From Gonapodya sp. JEL0774 (taxonomy: Eukaryota), in assembly GCA_027604505.1 (NCBI GenBank), contig JADIIX010000095.1, forward strand, positions 62,001 to 85,598: 23,598 nt of DNA, in the 5' to 3' direction. Of this stretch, positions 10,425-21,300 are shown piece after piece. Within the stretch, counting starts at the first letter, position 1; each line of letters opens with the position of its first letter. Below the pieces are notes generated by a model. The model did not search any database and was not told the origin of the DNA. It was given only the letters and a program-made list of their open reading frames with translations. A program made the position numbers and the translations under genes.

Positions 10425-11033
10425 GCAGCTCCCGCTCAAGGGTCTGTGGGGAGCAAACTCAAAGCAGGCAGAATTGCTAGAGCCACAGACACCTATGATA
10501 CCGAAAATATGTACAGTGAGAGACTATGACTGGTGTGCGTTAGTTAGTCAAAGAACGGGGGAGGGGGTTGCGCGCTTCACCAAAATTCAGCATTCAAATT
10601 CATTTCTAGAAGAAAATACTGGAGTTTTGCATGAAACTCTGCTTCTAAGTACTATTTTTGCTCTGCAATGTTGTACTTTTGCCGATACGAGGGGGTTTGG
10701 GAAAAAAACCTGTGGGGATTCCCACGGCCGCATCATGTTGTGCTTTTCCAATAAGAAAACAGGATCCACAGAGAACACGTGCTTTTTGAGAAGTGCGTAG
10801 GGCAACTCCATTTGCACCCGTAATGTGCGACGTGTAGAGAAAAGTGGGACACAGTGACAATCGTGACCGGGGGCGGGGAAGACTCTTAGCGCTTCGTTGC
10901 ACAGGCAAAGAAGCGCCAAGTTTTCAGTGTTCAGAGAGTTAAGCACTGACTGATGAAGCACGCTCTACTTAATTATTAATGACCACAGGAACTGTTTACA
11001 GGACACAACAAGAGACCCTGACAAAACTGCGAG

Positions 11034-11084
11034 ATACAGATTAAAACATCATACCACATACAGATTAAAACATCATACCACATA
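11034..11084. repeat. Perfect 24-bp tandem duplication (atacagattaaaacatcataccac x2) downstream of gene B
   Basis: Units at 11034-11057 and 11058-11081, plus 3 further matching bases. Confidence 0.9.
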
Positions 11085-11171
11085 ATGCAAGCTTCCGAAG
11101 GCGAAAGCAGTAAAAACACCCATGGTCACATGTTCCCTCTTTCGTCGTTCACAACGATGCCGTGCGAAACC

Positions 11172-12291
11172 CTACTCGTCAGCAAGAGGGGGAGGTGGTG
11201 GAGCCGGATCCTCGGAGATAGTCGACGGGATACACTTCCCGGAGATCGGGGATTTGTAGTCGCACATGTACGGCTTGACGCAGTAACTGCCGAACCGATC
11301 ACAACACTCGGCGTTTGGGACGTCAATGACGCGGGGATTGGGTTCTCCGTTGTACTGCCAGTTGCACTGAGAAGGAGAAGCTGCACGATCAATGTCCGAG
11401 TCTATCTTGTCGGTTATAACTCACGCAGGTCTTTGTTCCGTTGTATTGATCCATGCAAGTGGAACCGCAAGGATTTGCGCATGTGACTGTGCCATACGAC
11501 AAAAACATATCGCGACCAGAATGGATCCGCCCCGACCACGAGCCAGGCAAAGGAACAGAGAAAGTGTAAGGCCAAAAAATTAGAACCAGAAGGTGGTGAG
11601 AATTACAAGACTGACTTGATGAGTCGCAGGACTGAAACCACAGTTGTGCCCGCGCAGCCCCCGAGCCAACCCACTGTTCACACATGTCAACGTGTTCCAA
11701 TCACACCTGGCATAGTTTGGCGCCACCCAAGGGCAGCATTTATCCCCGCAGCATCTTGCGCCACCGAGGCCGATCGACGAGGAGTGGCATATGAGGCTCA
11801 AGGAGGCGTTGCACTTGGGGAAGGGGGGAGGGAGACCGGTGAGGTGGTGGGTAGTATTAGTTAGATGTAAGATCAGATGGGAGGCCGAGATTGGCAATTG
11901 AGGGTCGTGGGAGCAAGTGGTGTGTGCGGCCTCCACGGTGCCTTTTACACATACCCCACCCCCCTCCCGCGGGCTAACTCACACAAGCATGAAAGCCCCC
12001 GTCCCCGCACACATTCCCACACGGGTCTGAGCACTGCCGGGGCGCGACGTGGGGTCCACGTCCACCGAGTGGTTCGCGGAGGTCGAGCCGGAGGTGGTGG
12101 GGCAGTGGGGCACCAGAGCCGGAACCGAAGAGGTCAGCGGCACCGTCGGTAATGTCATCCGTGTCTGTGGTCGTGATCTTGGGCGTTGGAGTGGCGCCTA
12201 CGCGCGGGGTGGCGAGGAGGGCGAGTGCGAGAGCTAGAAGGACGAGCAGGGGTAGGGGGAGGGGAGTGGGGCGAAGGCGGGCACGGTGCAT
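11172..12291 (-). CDS. Secreted cysteine-rich prepro-protein B (234 aa, 22 Cys), tandem paralog of gene A
   Basis: Exons 12291-11983, 11813-11675, 11486-11425 and 11366-11172: MHRARLRPTPLPLPLLVLLALALALLATPRVGA-(acidic pro-region)-HVAPR-QCSDPCGNVCGDGGFHAC|CNASLSLICHSSSIGLGGARCCGDKCCPWVAPNYARCDWNTLTCVN I TCANPCGSTCMDQYNGTKTC|CNWQYNGEPNPRVIDVPNAECCDRFGSYCVKPYMCDYKSPISGKCIPSTISEDPAPPPPPLADE*. Intron positions and phases (0,1,0) match gene A. Confidence 0.88.
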
Positions 12292-12393
12292 GCTGTGGAT
12301 TCAAATTTCAAGCCTGAATTGTGCGGTATGTGTAGGACTGGAAATCGGTCGGTGTGAGTGTCGTGTGCTTGGTGGTGCCTGAGTCGAGTGGTG

Positions 12394-12406
12394 CACCGCC
12401 ACGGAC
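12394..12406. promoter_or_regulatory. Candidate shared cis-element CACCGCCACGGAC upstream of Cys-rich gene B
   Basis: Identical to 10412-10424 and about 100 bp upstream of the ATG at 12291. Confidence 0.35.
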
Positions 12407-13119
12407 CCAGCAGATCCGGCTCCCGGTTGTGGTGTGCACAGCCCTGATGTCAAGGCATATAAGAAAAATGTTTTCCCGCAAAAGTGTTGAGTCCCGGGTG
12501 GGTTATGTACATCCGAGGTTTGGCCTGGGTTTCGGTGCCGGGGTTCTCCACGGACAAGGGTGGACGCGATGCGGCCCGTTACACCATGCTAAGCTCTCTA
12601 CATTCCCTGAATCTAGACTCAAGGGAGTTTTGCGATTGGTTAGATTCACCATGCGGAGCGAGATCACTATGTGAAAATGAGATGGTACGAACACAATAGC
12701 TTCTAGTCGGGGTCTTATGCACTAGATCCCACTATCATGGAAGCATTTCCATGCACGCAAAGAAGCAATTCAAGTACGTGAAAAGGCTATTGGCTTTTGC
12801 ACACATTGCAGTTAGGAGTTCAGGGAAGAACATGTGCTGAAAACGCCAGGTCCAACTTACTTCCATCCGGCGTGACCACGGAATGCCTGCATCTTTTGGA
12901 AGATGCTTTTGTGGCAGGTTACGTTCCCCTCATCTCCCATTCTCAATCGAATACAGTTGAAAACACACAGATATAAAGCTGAGCACGTCATAGGTGGATA
13001 GTAGAACTACTACTGTTAGTTCCTGCAACGTTTCTACACTGTTGGTTACTCAAAAGAAGTGCAGGGAACCAGGAAACCGCGAAACCTTTTGGCTCACTGC
13101 ATGGGTGAGCGTGCAGCGG

Positions 13120-13790
13120 ATCAGTCAAATACAACCGCACGGCTCTTGTGAACGGGCACTTGATTGTGCCAATCGACACTTTGATTTATCATGGCATTAA
13201 ACTCGTCCGAATCAAACCCGTCCCAATCACCCCCACAAACCCCGGGGCTTCGCCAATCCATCTCTCCGAATAGGCTTTGTATGATTCGCTTTGGTGAGGG
13301 AGGTTAAACTCCCCACTCCTCAAGCCTTTGCCTGGTAAATTTCAGCGTTCCGAGAATGTTTGCCCGTGGGATTGAATTATATAATTTGGCACCTGTGTGG
13401 GAGATGTGGGGTGACGGAGACCAAGGTTCCACCAAACAGCTGTGGACGGCACTCAGGAACTAAGCTCCACTCACGAATGCTTGGGAACAAACCGTTGAAT
13501 AGCGGTGATTCTTCTCATCATGAATAAGATTGAGATCTGTGACCACATCGAATCCCTCCGGAGAGATGATTGCGATCATCACTTGATCCGCTCCTCGCCG
13601 GAGCTGATGCCCAGCCCAGTAGTAGAGCGCCCACGTTCCATCCTGGGACGTGCTATTGAACGCGGTGTTTTGGTTGTCCTGGTGTCCGAAAACGCCGAGT
13701 TGACGTCCATGTTGTTCCCAGGGGCGTCGTGTATCGGCAAGGGTATGACTCTGGCTGCTGCGTTCATCACGGGCTCAAACGTTTGAGGCG
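13120..13790 (-). pseudogene. Probable decayed gene with ADP-ribosyltransferase-like (R-S-E clade, fungal DUF7587-like) motifs
   Basis: The stop-to-stop frame 13774-13460 reads RDERSSQSH...GHQDNQNTAFNSTSQDGTWALYYWAGHQLRRGADQVMIAIISP...SQAFVSGA*. After an acceptor-like ctcccacacag, the sequence reads LYNSIPRANILGTLKFTRQRLEEWGV*PPSPKRIIQSLFGEMDW..., with protein-like sequence continuing past in-frame stops. I could not join the splice phases cleanly. Confidence 0.45.
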
Positions 13791-15331
13791 ATTTTCACAA
13801 GTGAGCAGTGACAGGGACCCAAGAGTTTGGCAGTGATGTAAAACTAGCGAGGTCGCAGTGAGGGAACAGGGAGACACCATCATATCATGTGGCGAACAGC
13901 TGTTCCGAAAGCGTGCAGGTGATGCAATTGTCACGGAAGACGGGACAGCACGTACATACTCGTATCAGACTTTGTCAGAGATCGGTCAGAAGCGTCAGTT
14001 TGGTCCCGTCACTCCTTGTTGTGTGTCACCGAGCACAAAACCTTGAGTATTTCTATCTTCCCAGCGTGTTCTCCTGTAGCTTTAAGCTTTACATAACGTA
14101 TGATTGGTGTATTATCACCAATGGATTTGTAAGGGGTACTGAGAGGGGGCGCGCAAGCTTTTGACATTATGTCCCTTGTCCGTTCTCTCCTTCACCACCC
14201 AAAACAGTCGCCACCATGATATCAATCTAGTTCCTTCCAATGACAAGAGACAAATTTTGGTTGGCGCGTGTTTGGAGCTGCGAGCTCGACACTTCCTCAA
14301 AGGCACAAATTACAAACGCAACGCCAACGTGAGCTCCCACGGTCGCAAGGTAGGACAAAGAGTTTAGTTTTGCGATGATGCACCGATTTGGATGGCATTT
14401 TTGCGTTTTACGTTGGGGCCGTCGCGTATCCCTCGACCGCAGAGACCCCACATAAAGATGCATGATGAGGAGACATCACCGCAACGCTTCAATGGAATGA
14501 ACGGAGTGCACGACAAGCATCGAGTGATAGACAGTGATATTAATGAAGCCTACATAATGATACACGTGCCAATCCACTGGGTACGACGAATCACTTCTCC
14601 CTCCCTCCTCCTCCATTTGCAATCTAAAGGTGATGGCACTGCTAAGCAACGACGAGAGAGAAACGAAGCAAACTAAGCATGTCAAGACGAGAGGGGCTCC
14701 ATCCGCAGCCGGATAGTGAGCTGCAACGCGAGTCGTGAAACCACCGGCTCTCAGACCACGCCACAGGAAGGCTGGGCCCATGTGCTCCATAAGCAAACGC
14801 AGCAACTTACTCATCCTTTCCATTGCGACTCACTCGACGAGTTGTTCATCCACGCCCGCCGTCCCCACGGTGGCTCGACTTATCCCACAGGACACATCGC
14901 TCTCGGTCGCGGAAAGCGCCTCGTGGAGACCTGTACAATGCACGACGTGTGCCTGTGTCACGATGTGTGTCTGTGTTTGCGAGCACGGGTTGGCAGACTC
15001 GGAAGGGGTCGATGCGAGTTTAGATGTGGAAATTGAAACTCAAACCTACCTGCACAGTTCTCTAGTCCAAAGCATTGCTGTGGTCGTAGGCAACCGCAAA
15101 GGCACTACTGCGCATCTTCCAAAACTTTACACTGAAAATTGCATATTTGAGATCAAAGAAAAAGGTATGAAATACATACAACGTTACATCAGAGGTGTTT
15201 TGTAACCGTGCCCAGGACGGTCTTCACATGTATGTTTTGTGCATGACCAGAACAGACATTATGGAATGGGAATCGGTAATGATTGACAATGGTGATTTCA
15301 GCTTATAGGTTTCGAAAGGTATCACTCCAGT

Positions 15332-18300
15332 TCAGTTGTCGTCCAGATCCATATCTCCGACAACCCGACCCGTAGCAAGGGCCGCCAATACCGGAGCTAC
15401 ATATTTGCCGGGTATTCGAATGCCTATACGGAGAGAAACAACCCCCATGAACCCACACGTCAGCGCAGACACACAAAAAAAAACCCGAGGAAAGGAGCCG
15501 CAACGCGGACGGGCAGGGCATCGCGCGCCACTCACCAATTATCCGCCGGTCGTTCTCTGTGATAGTTGCGCGGACGATCTTGATGCGGTCATTGCACCCC
15601 GACGCGACGAGAGCATCTTCGACTCTGGTCCAGACTATGAAACACGAACAACAAAGTGATATCGATAGTTGGTGTGGGACTCCCAGCCTGTAAATGACAG
15701 ATATGACTGTGCCAGATTGAGAACACGTACCTGGAACGACAGCTCCAGCGAGAATATGGTACTCGCGGATTCGCTTCCCGATAAAACATTCTCCCCCAGT
15801 TCTGACCGTCTTACAGAACCCATCCCGGGAAATCATGGCGTGCACACACCGGGTGGCACTCCCTTCGAATTGACGATTCCTAGCAGCATAAAAACGCAAA
15901 CGAAAAACATTTGTGTGTTGATAGGTGAATGTGTTTGAGCGAGCGGAGCCGGAATGAAAAGGTGCGCAAGGACACCCCGCCTCACCAAAGCTTCTCTGCC
16001 TTGGCCATCAGTTTCTCCCCAGTGACTCGTGTGTGAGTGCGCGTGAGATCATTCCAGAACGCGATGCTCAAGACCTCTCCGAGATGGGGTCTATATTAAA
16101 GATGTCAAAGAAGGGGAGTGAGAATTACGTCCAATAAACCATTCCGTTGCCAGCCCCTTTCCAAAGGTTTGTGAGTGAGCCTCACTTGTAAACTCGCGCA
16201 TGAACCCCTGATCTGCCCGCATCTTTAGCCAGAATACAAGATTCTCCGTTCGATGAAATGTAGAACCCGTTCTTCGGATGATCATTTTGGCAGTCGTTGA
16301 ATATTTCAAGGGCGTGTTCAAAACGGAGACCTTTTTACAGGTGATAACCATTGTGCTCTTCAAATCTTGTGGAATCGCACACGAGATGGACAAACCTCTG
16401 TCTACTCGGAGTGAAAAGTGATGCGTCCTTATCTTTGAGAACGCGTCTTCAAAGACCGTTGCAGGGTCATTTGCAAGCTCTACCGTGCAGTGCATGCCAC
16501 CAATGTCCTCTTTTCGACACAAAAGAGAGTGGGTTGAGAGCTCATTTGGAAAATGAAACACACTGTTCACCGCTCTTACCTATTCCGGCGTCCAGTTGGC
16601 CATTCCTGCGAGCTTCGTCGAGCACAATCTGATATGAAGAAATCAATATTGTGATGAGCACGAACAAAGGTAGAGTCTCAGGAAGAGGGATTCTCACCTT
16701 CAGGTGACGTAAAAAGTAATCGAAGATTTTGTTTTGTAGAGTAACTGGATGGATTCCAAGCAATCTTGTATACAACCGACCATTGACACCAATACGATAA
16801 GTGAAGGGAAATCCACGCCGCCTTGCTTACCGATTCAGAAACTTCTTGACCTTTGCCTCGTCGGTGCCGTTGTCTGCCAGATCCATAGCCTCGAAAGCGG
16901 ATCTCACTTGACTGAAGAAACCACTGGGGTCAACTCCCTCGGGCAAGAAATCTGGCGGAACCACATTTTGGGATCGACCATCGACGCTGGCATGTAACTG
17001 ATGCGAGATTGGGGGTGATTGTCGATTGATCAGACTTACTGGAGATTTGATATTATTCTTGAATGAGCGAGTGTATTACTCACGGCTTCCAAAGCCGACT
17101 TGCCCCATTTCGTCTCAAAATTAAAATCTGACAGGGAAATTCCATCTGCAGCTCGCCGATCCCCCTTGGTTAGCGCACCTAGAGATTCCAGTCGCTTTGC
17201 TACCTACACCCAAGGAAAGCAGGATGGTGAATTACTCGGAAAGATTCCGCCACTGGGCAACGCAATTATTATTGATCCACTTACAGCACTTGCAAATCTC
17301 ATTTCCCCTCCGATGTCCGATATGACCAAAACGTACTCCGGAGCGGAGCTTTGATTTGAGCGGTGTGTTCTCCCGAGCTGTTGGATTGCCTTGTCGGCAC
17401 TCCATGCAAGCTCAATAGTAATGTGAACTCGGCGGCGTTGATTATTTACACGGCGATCCGCTTCAACATTATAACACTGTCAGTGTACGTGCAAGAAATT
17501 GAGGGCAAGCAAATCTACCTTGTAGCGAGATTCCGGCGCTCGCAGCGTCACTGATGATTGCAACATGCTTTCGACCAGATTGGAAGGCATCCCGTTCTAG
17601 AAGATTGACATCCTTCTTTGCAATACCACCAGTATTTCTCGCCTCGTACGTGAACCTGGAAGGGTCGTATGGATCTACAACAGCTCGCATGGAACGGCCA
17701 GTGAGCTATTGAAAAGTTGCTAAAAGTGAAAGTCGATAAGTGATGATAACTCGCGGCAGACTTGCCTCGGCAACCTCTGAAGGTCCCCCAAGGGAAGTGA
17801 TGAGAGAATCAAGCGGATTGTTGGGAAGTGCCAGGAGGTCAATTTTCTGTTGATTGAGATCCGTCAAATGAGCCACCAGTCGTGTATGACATCAATCGGT
17901 TTGCAGCGAAGAACTTACTGATTTCAGGCCCAGGGCAATTGCTGGAACTGTTTCCTTGGAGAATGAAACAAACCCGAGTAGCTGACTGGACATTGCGCTG
18001 AAGTTGAGTTCGTCGGGTGCGCTTCCAATCGTTAAACCGAACTGAGCGCTAATACTCGAGGTCGATAGACATTCTTCATTAGTAGTGATTGCGGACAACC
18101 ACGGCGCCTGTGGCAAAAGGTGTCTGTTGTAGTCGTCCGTAGTGCCCGTACTTCACAGCAAGAATGAGTAGAGGGAACAATTAGAGATGACCTTCGATAT
18201 TCCAATATTCTCAGTACTTACGGTAATGTTGAAATCCCTCTGGAAGACAGATTATTTACACTCTTGGCTTCATCGAAGGGAGAAGAATTGTACTTTGAAG

Positions 18301-21300
18301 GCACCAATTTTTGCACCGATACGACGTTGGGATTCCCAACATTGACTTCACACATAGCATTCTCGAATCTGGTCGGGGCTTTGGAAACTGGTGCATCTTT
18401 ACCCCCTTTCGGTGGATTTTCACCTTCATCTGTATCCGAGCCAATGATCGTGGAACGTTTGGCCCTCTTCGGCATCTGTCGTGACACACCGTTGCGAACC
18501 CCTCTTCCAAAAAAGCTCTCTTCGGAGAATTCGTCATCGTCGCTGTCCATCATTACCGGCTGATCATTATCGCTCCTCTTCAATCGTCGGTGGCTTTCGA
18601 CATTCATCTGAAAGTCTGACTCTGTGTCCGAATTTTCAGCATTTTTGTAGTTGGCCGCCGCACGACGACTGCGTCCAGTTCTAGGATCGTACTTAAGCTG
18701 TGGAGGTGAAGCAAGCGTACATTGACAAGTGGAGATAAGCGATTGTCCGTTGCGATAAAAAATGCGACGAAGTAATCACCTTTGCGGGCGCAATACGACG
18801 GTCTCCAACACGCATTTTGCGCTTCCTCAGTCTGACATTTCCATGTTCGTCTTCCGACGCAATCTCCATTTCACAATCATCACTTGCAACGTCTTTAGAG
18901 TCGTCACTCTCATCCTCGAGTTCTGATTCGGAAGCAAGAGTATTGGACTTGCGTGCCCGGACAGACCGCACGTTCCCTACTTTGATCCCAAAGCATTTGA
19001 GTGCAAAGTAGTCCACTAAGCCTTTTGCAACCTCGCGTGGAGCAGACACCTAAGGACAGTGGTGATTACATGGAGCAGGTATCGGACTGGGACTTCCCGA
19101 ATACCCACTAGGTCATCCAAATCGTCACCATCGTCTTCAAGACGTTCCGCGGTGCGGGCTTCCCCAGTCCCTTGAAGACCAATAACCACAGACTTGAGGC
19201 ATGGCCGTGAAAATGATCAGTTAATAATCGCTTTGGGTATTATACGAGGCAAATACTGAAACACCTTGCCCTCTCGAAGAGCGCATTTCGCGAGCTCGAT
19301 AGTTTTTGGCACCTTCGCGGAGATGCAGAGGTATTTAAAAAATCGTTGCTTAAGCGACATGACCACACGGTGTGAATAACTATGATAATTAGGACGAGCA
19401 CCACAAGAGATCCACTCACGAAACATCCCCAATAATATCTCCACAGAGCTGCCCTCTTCTTGCCATCCAAAGGCTCCGTTGCATTTGTCACCCAGGATCC
19501 CAAGATAATTTTGATATCTCCCCATAGCTTCGCTGCATCATCATAAGAAATTGTTGTTTGATCAAGCTCAAATTTGGCGATTTCAAAAGATGCTTCAGAG
19601 TACGAGAGAGTACGAGAGAGGTACATTCCCATAGCTTTCATATCGCATGCAACACACTCCATTGCACCAGCCCCTCGTTGGCTAACCGCACTTAAGAACG
19701 ATCCGAAATTCGGAAACGGCGCTTTTGTGGAAAAGAATTAGAAAATGAGGCACATCAAGAAGCGACACATCGAAGATTACACACTATTCTCCCCCCAAAG
19801 ACCGAGCCTGACCATGTACGCCATGTTTCGGGGCTCCGAAGCTCCAGTAGCACTAACGTATAGCACACGGGCATTGGGTAGCTTCTCCTGAAATGGGATG
19901 TAAGAATGGGAGGTAAGACTTGATGCACGAGAATTGTGCTTTCATTACACCCGCACTGAAGAGCGGAGACACAAACCTGTATTTCGAGGATAGCCTTACC
20001 CGTTTGGGTTCCTTTCTGTTCTGAGACCCCCATATCGCCTTTCTTTTTGCCGGGTGGAACGAGGTTCTTTCCCTTATGCGACTCATCAAATATAAGAAGA
20101 CCTTCAAATGCTTCACCGCCTGGACGGATTTTGAGTCACTTAAAATGGGCATGCTCGATTCTCCAGGGCCAACTCACCACAATACTCAACAATTTGTCCA
20201 ATTCTTGTGTCGGTAACGCGACGAACCTTCTGAGCGTGCCCGATGAGAGTGGCGTAAGTCGAGAAAAGAACACCTCGCCCAAAGGGTAAACTGCCAAAAG
20301 GTTGCTGGGGGATGTTTGGAGAGGCGATTTGCAATCGGAGCTCGCACTTCCATCTCACTGAAAAGACACGACTCACGCCGGTCAAGCTGTAAAGCTTCAC
20401 GTCCCCTGCCCCGACATCTTTCAAGTCACGATGGGCGTCCTCCACCAGGTCAGCTGATATAGAGAACCAAACAGCTCGATCTCGACGGCTCGGGGGAGAA
20501 GCCCAAAGTGTCGACGAAGGAGATGCAGCAGCGTGCAATTGATTCTCGAGTACGCTGTGATTCAGGTTGAAAGTAATGACAAGTTGAAGATTCGACTTGC
20601 AATCGTATCGACAACTGTACACACATGCCAGCTATGGACCGTCCTTTACCCACACCCGCACCCTTAGCAAAGCATGAGTTGAGGTTACCAGACGGGATCA
20701 TCAAGATCATGAGAAAACTGGGCAGGAACATGACGTGGTCACGGTACTCACGTCTCCAATAAAGAAGCCCGCGCGTTCTCTCCCATTGGGAAGCATCATG
20801 TTATGTCGCTGAGAAGCGTAGACAAGATTCTCGAGTTGGATCTAGCGAAAAGTATGCGATGTGTTCTTATTGAACGCACTAGCCTTCATATTCTTCTTAA
20901 CTCAAATCACCTTGCTCATTGCTCCTTCTTCTATAATTTTTTTCCCTCTTGGATCCGTCAGTAATTTGGGTTCATAGGTGATTGGAGGCAAGGAACAGGC
21001 AGCGAGAGAGGCGGCTTCGGGAGAACGACATCCATTTCAACTTTTACCAGTGGCCAACATTGAAAAACTCCACAAAGCACCCACCTTCTACCAACGGATC
21101 TGGATGATCTTTTCCGTATGGCAACGTACTCTCGTAAGTTGCGAACCTTGCCTTCCTCGCTTCCTCGTCCTCGTCTTCGTTCACCCGATCGGCACTGTCC
21201 TCATCGAGAATGTCCGATGCAGAGGTTGTGGCGGGCACTGGATTTGCAACAGGTAATCCAGTAGTTTGCGGAGCAGTCGTGTCAGGAGGATTCGGCATAC

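Noticed and set aside
9473..11457. ~310-bp direct repeats 1.7 kb apart as possible LTRs of a small retroelement
   Set aside because: The repeats coincide with exons 3-4 of two paralogous genes. I see no TG...CA termini, primer-binding site or gag/pol remnants.
13774..13787. Perfect 14-bp palindrome ctcaaacgtttgag at the 5' edge of the ART-like frame
   Set aside because: A palindrome of this length is expected about once per 16 kb by chance, and there is no TIR or TSD context.
14941..14976. 18-bp imperfect tandem repeat (cacgacgtgtgcctgtgt / cacgatgtgtgtctgtgt)
   Set aside because: Only two copies in TG-rich sequence with no spacer, so it is not CRISPR-like and is probably slippage.
13505..15205. 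+ strand ORFs (93, 94, 106 and 156 aa)
   Set aside because: No recognisable domains or joinable exons. Splice-like signals and protein-like text lie on the minus strand.
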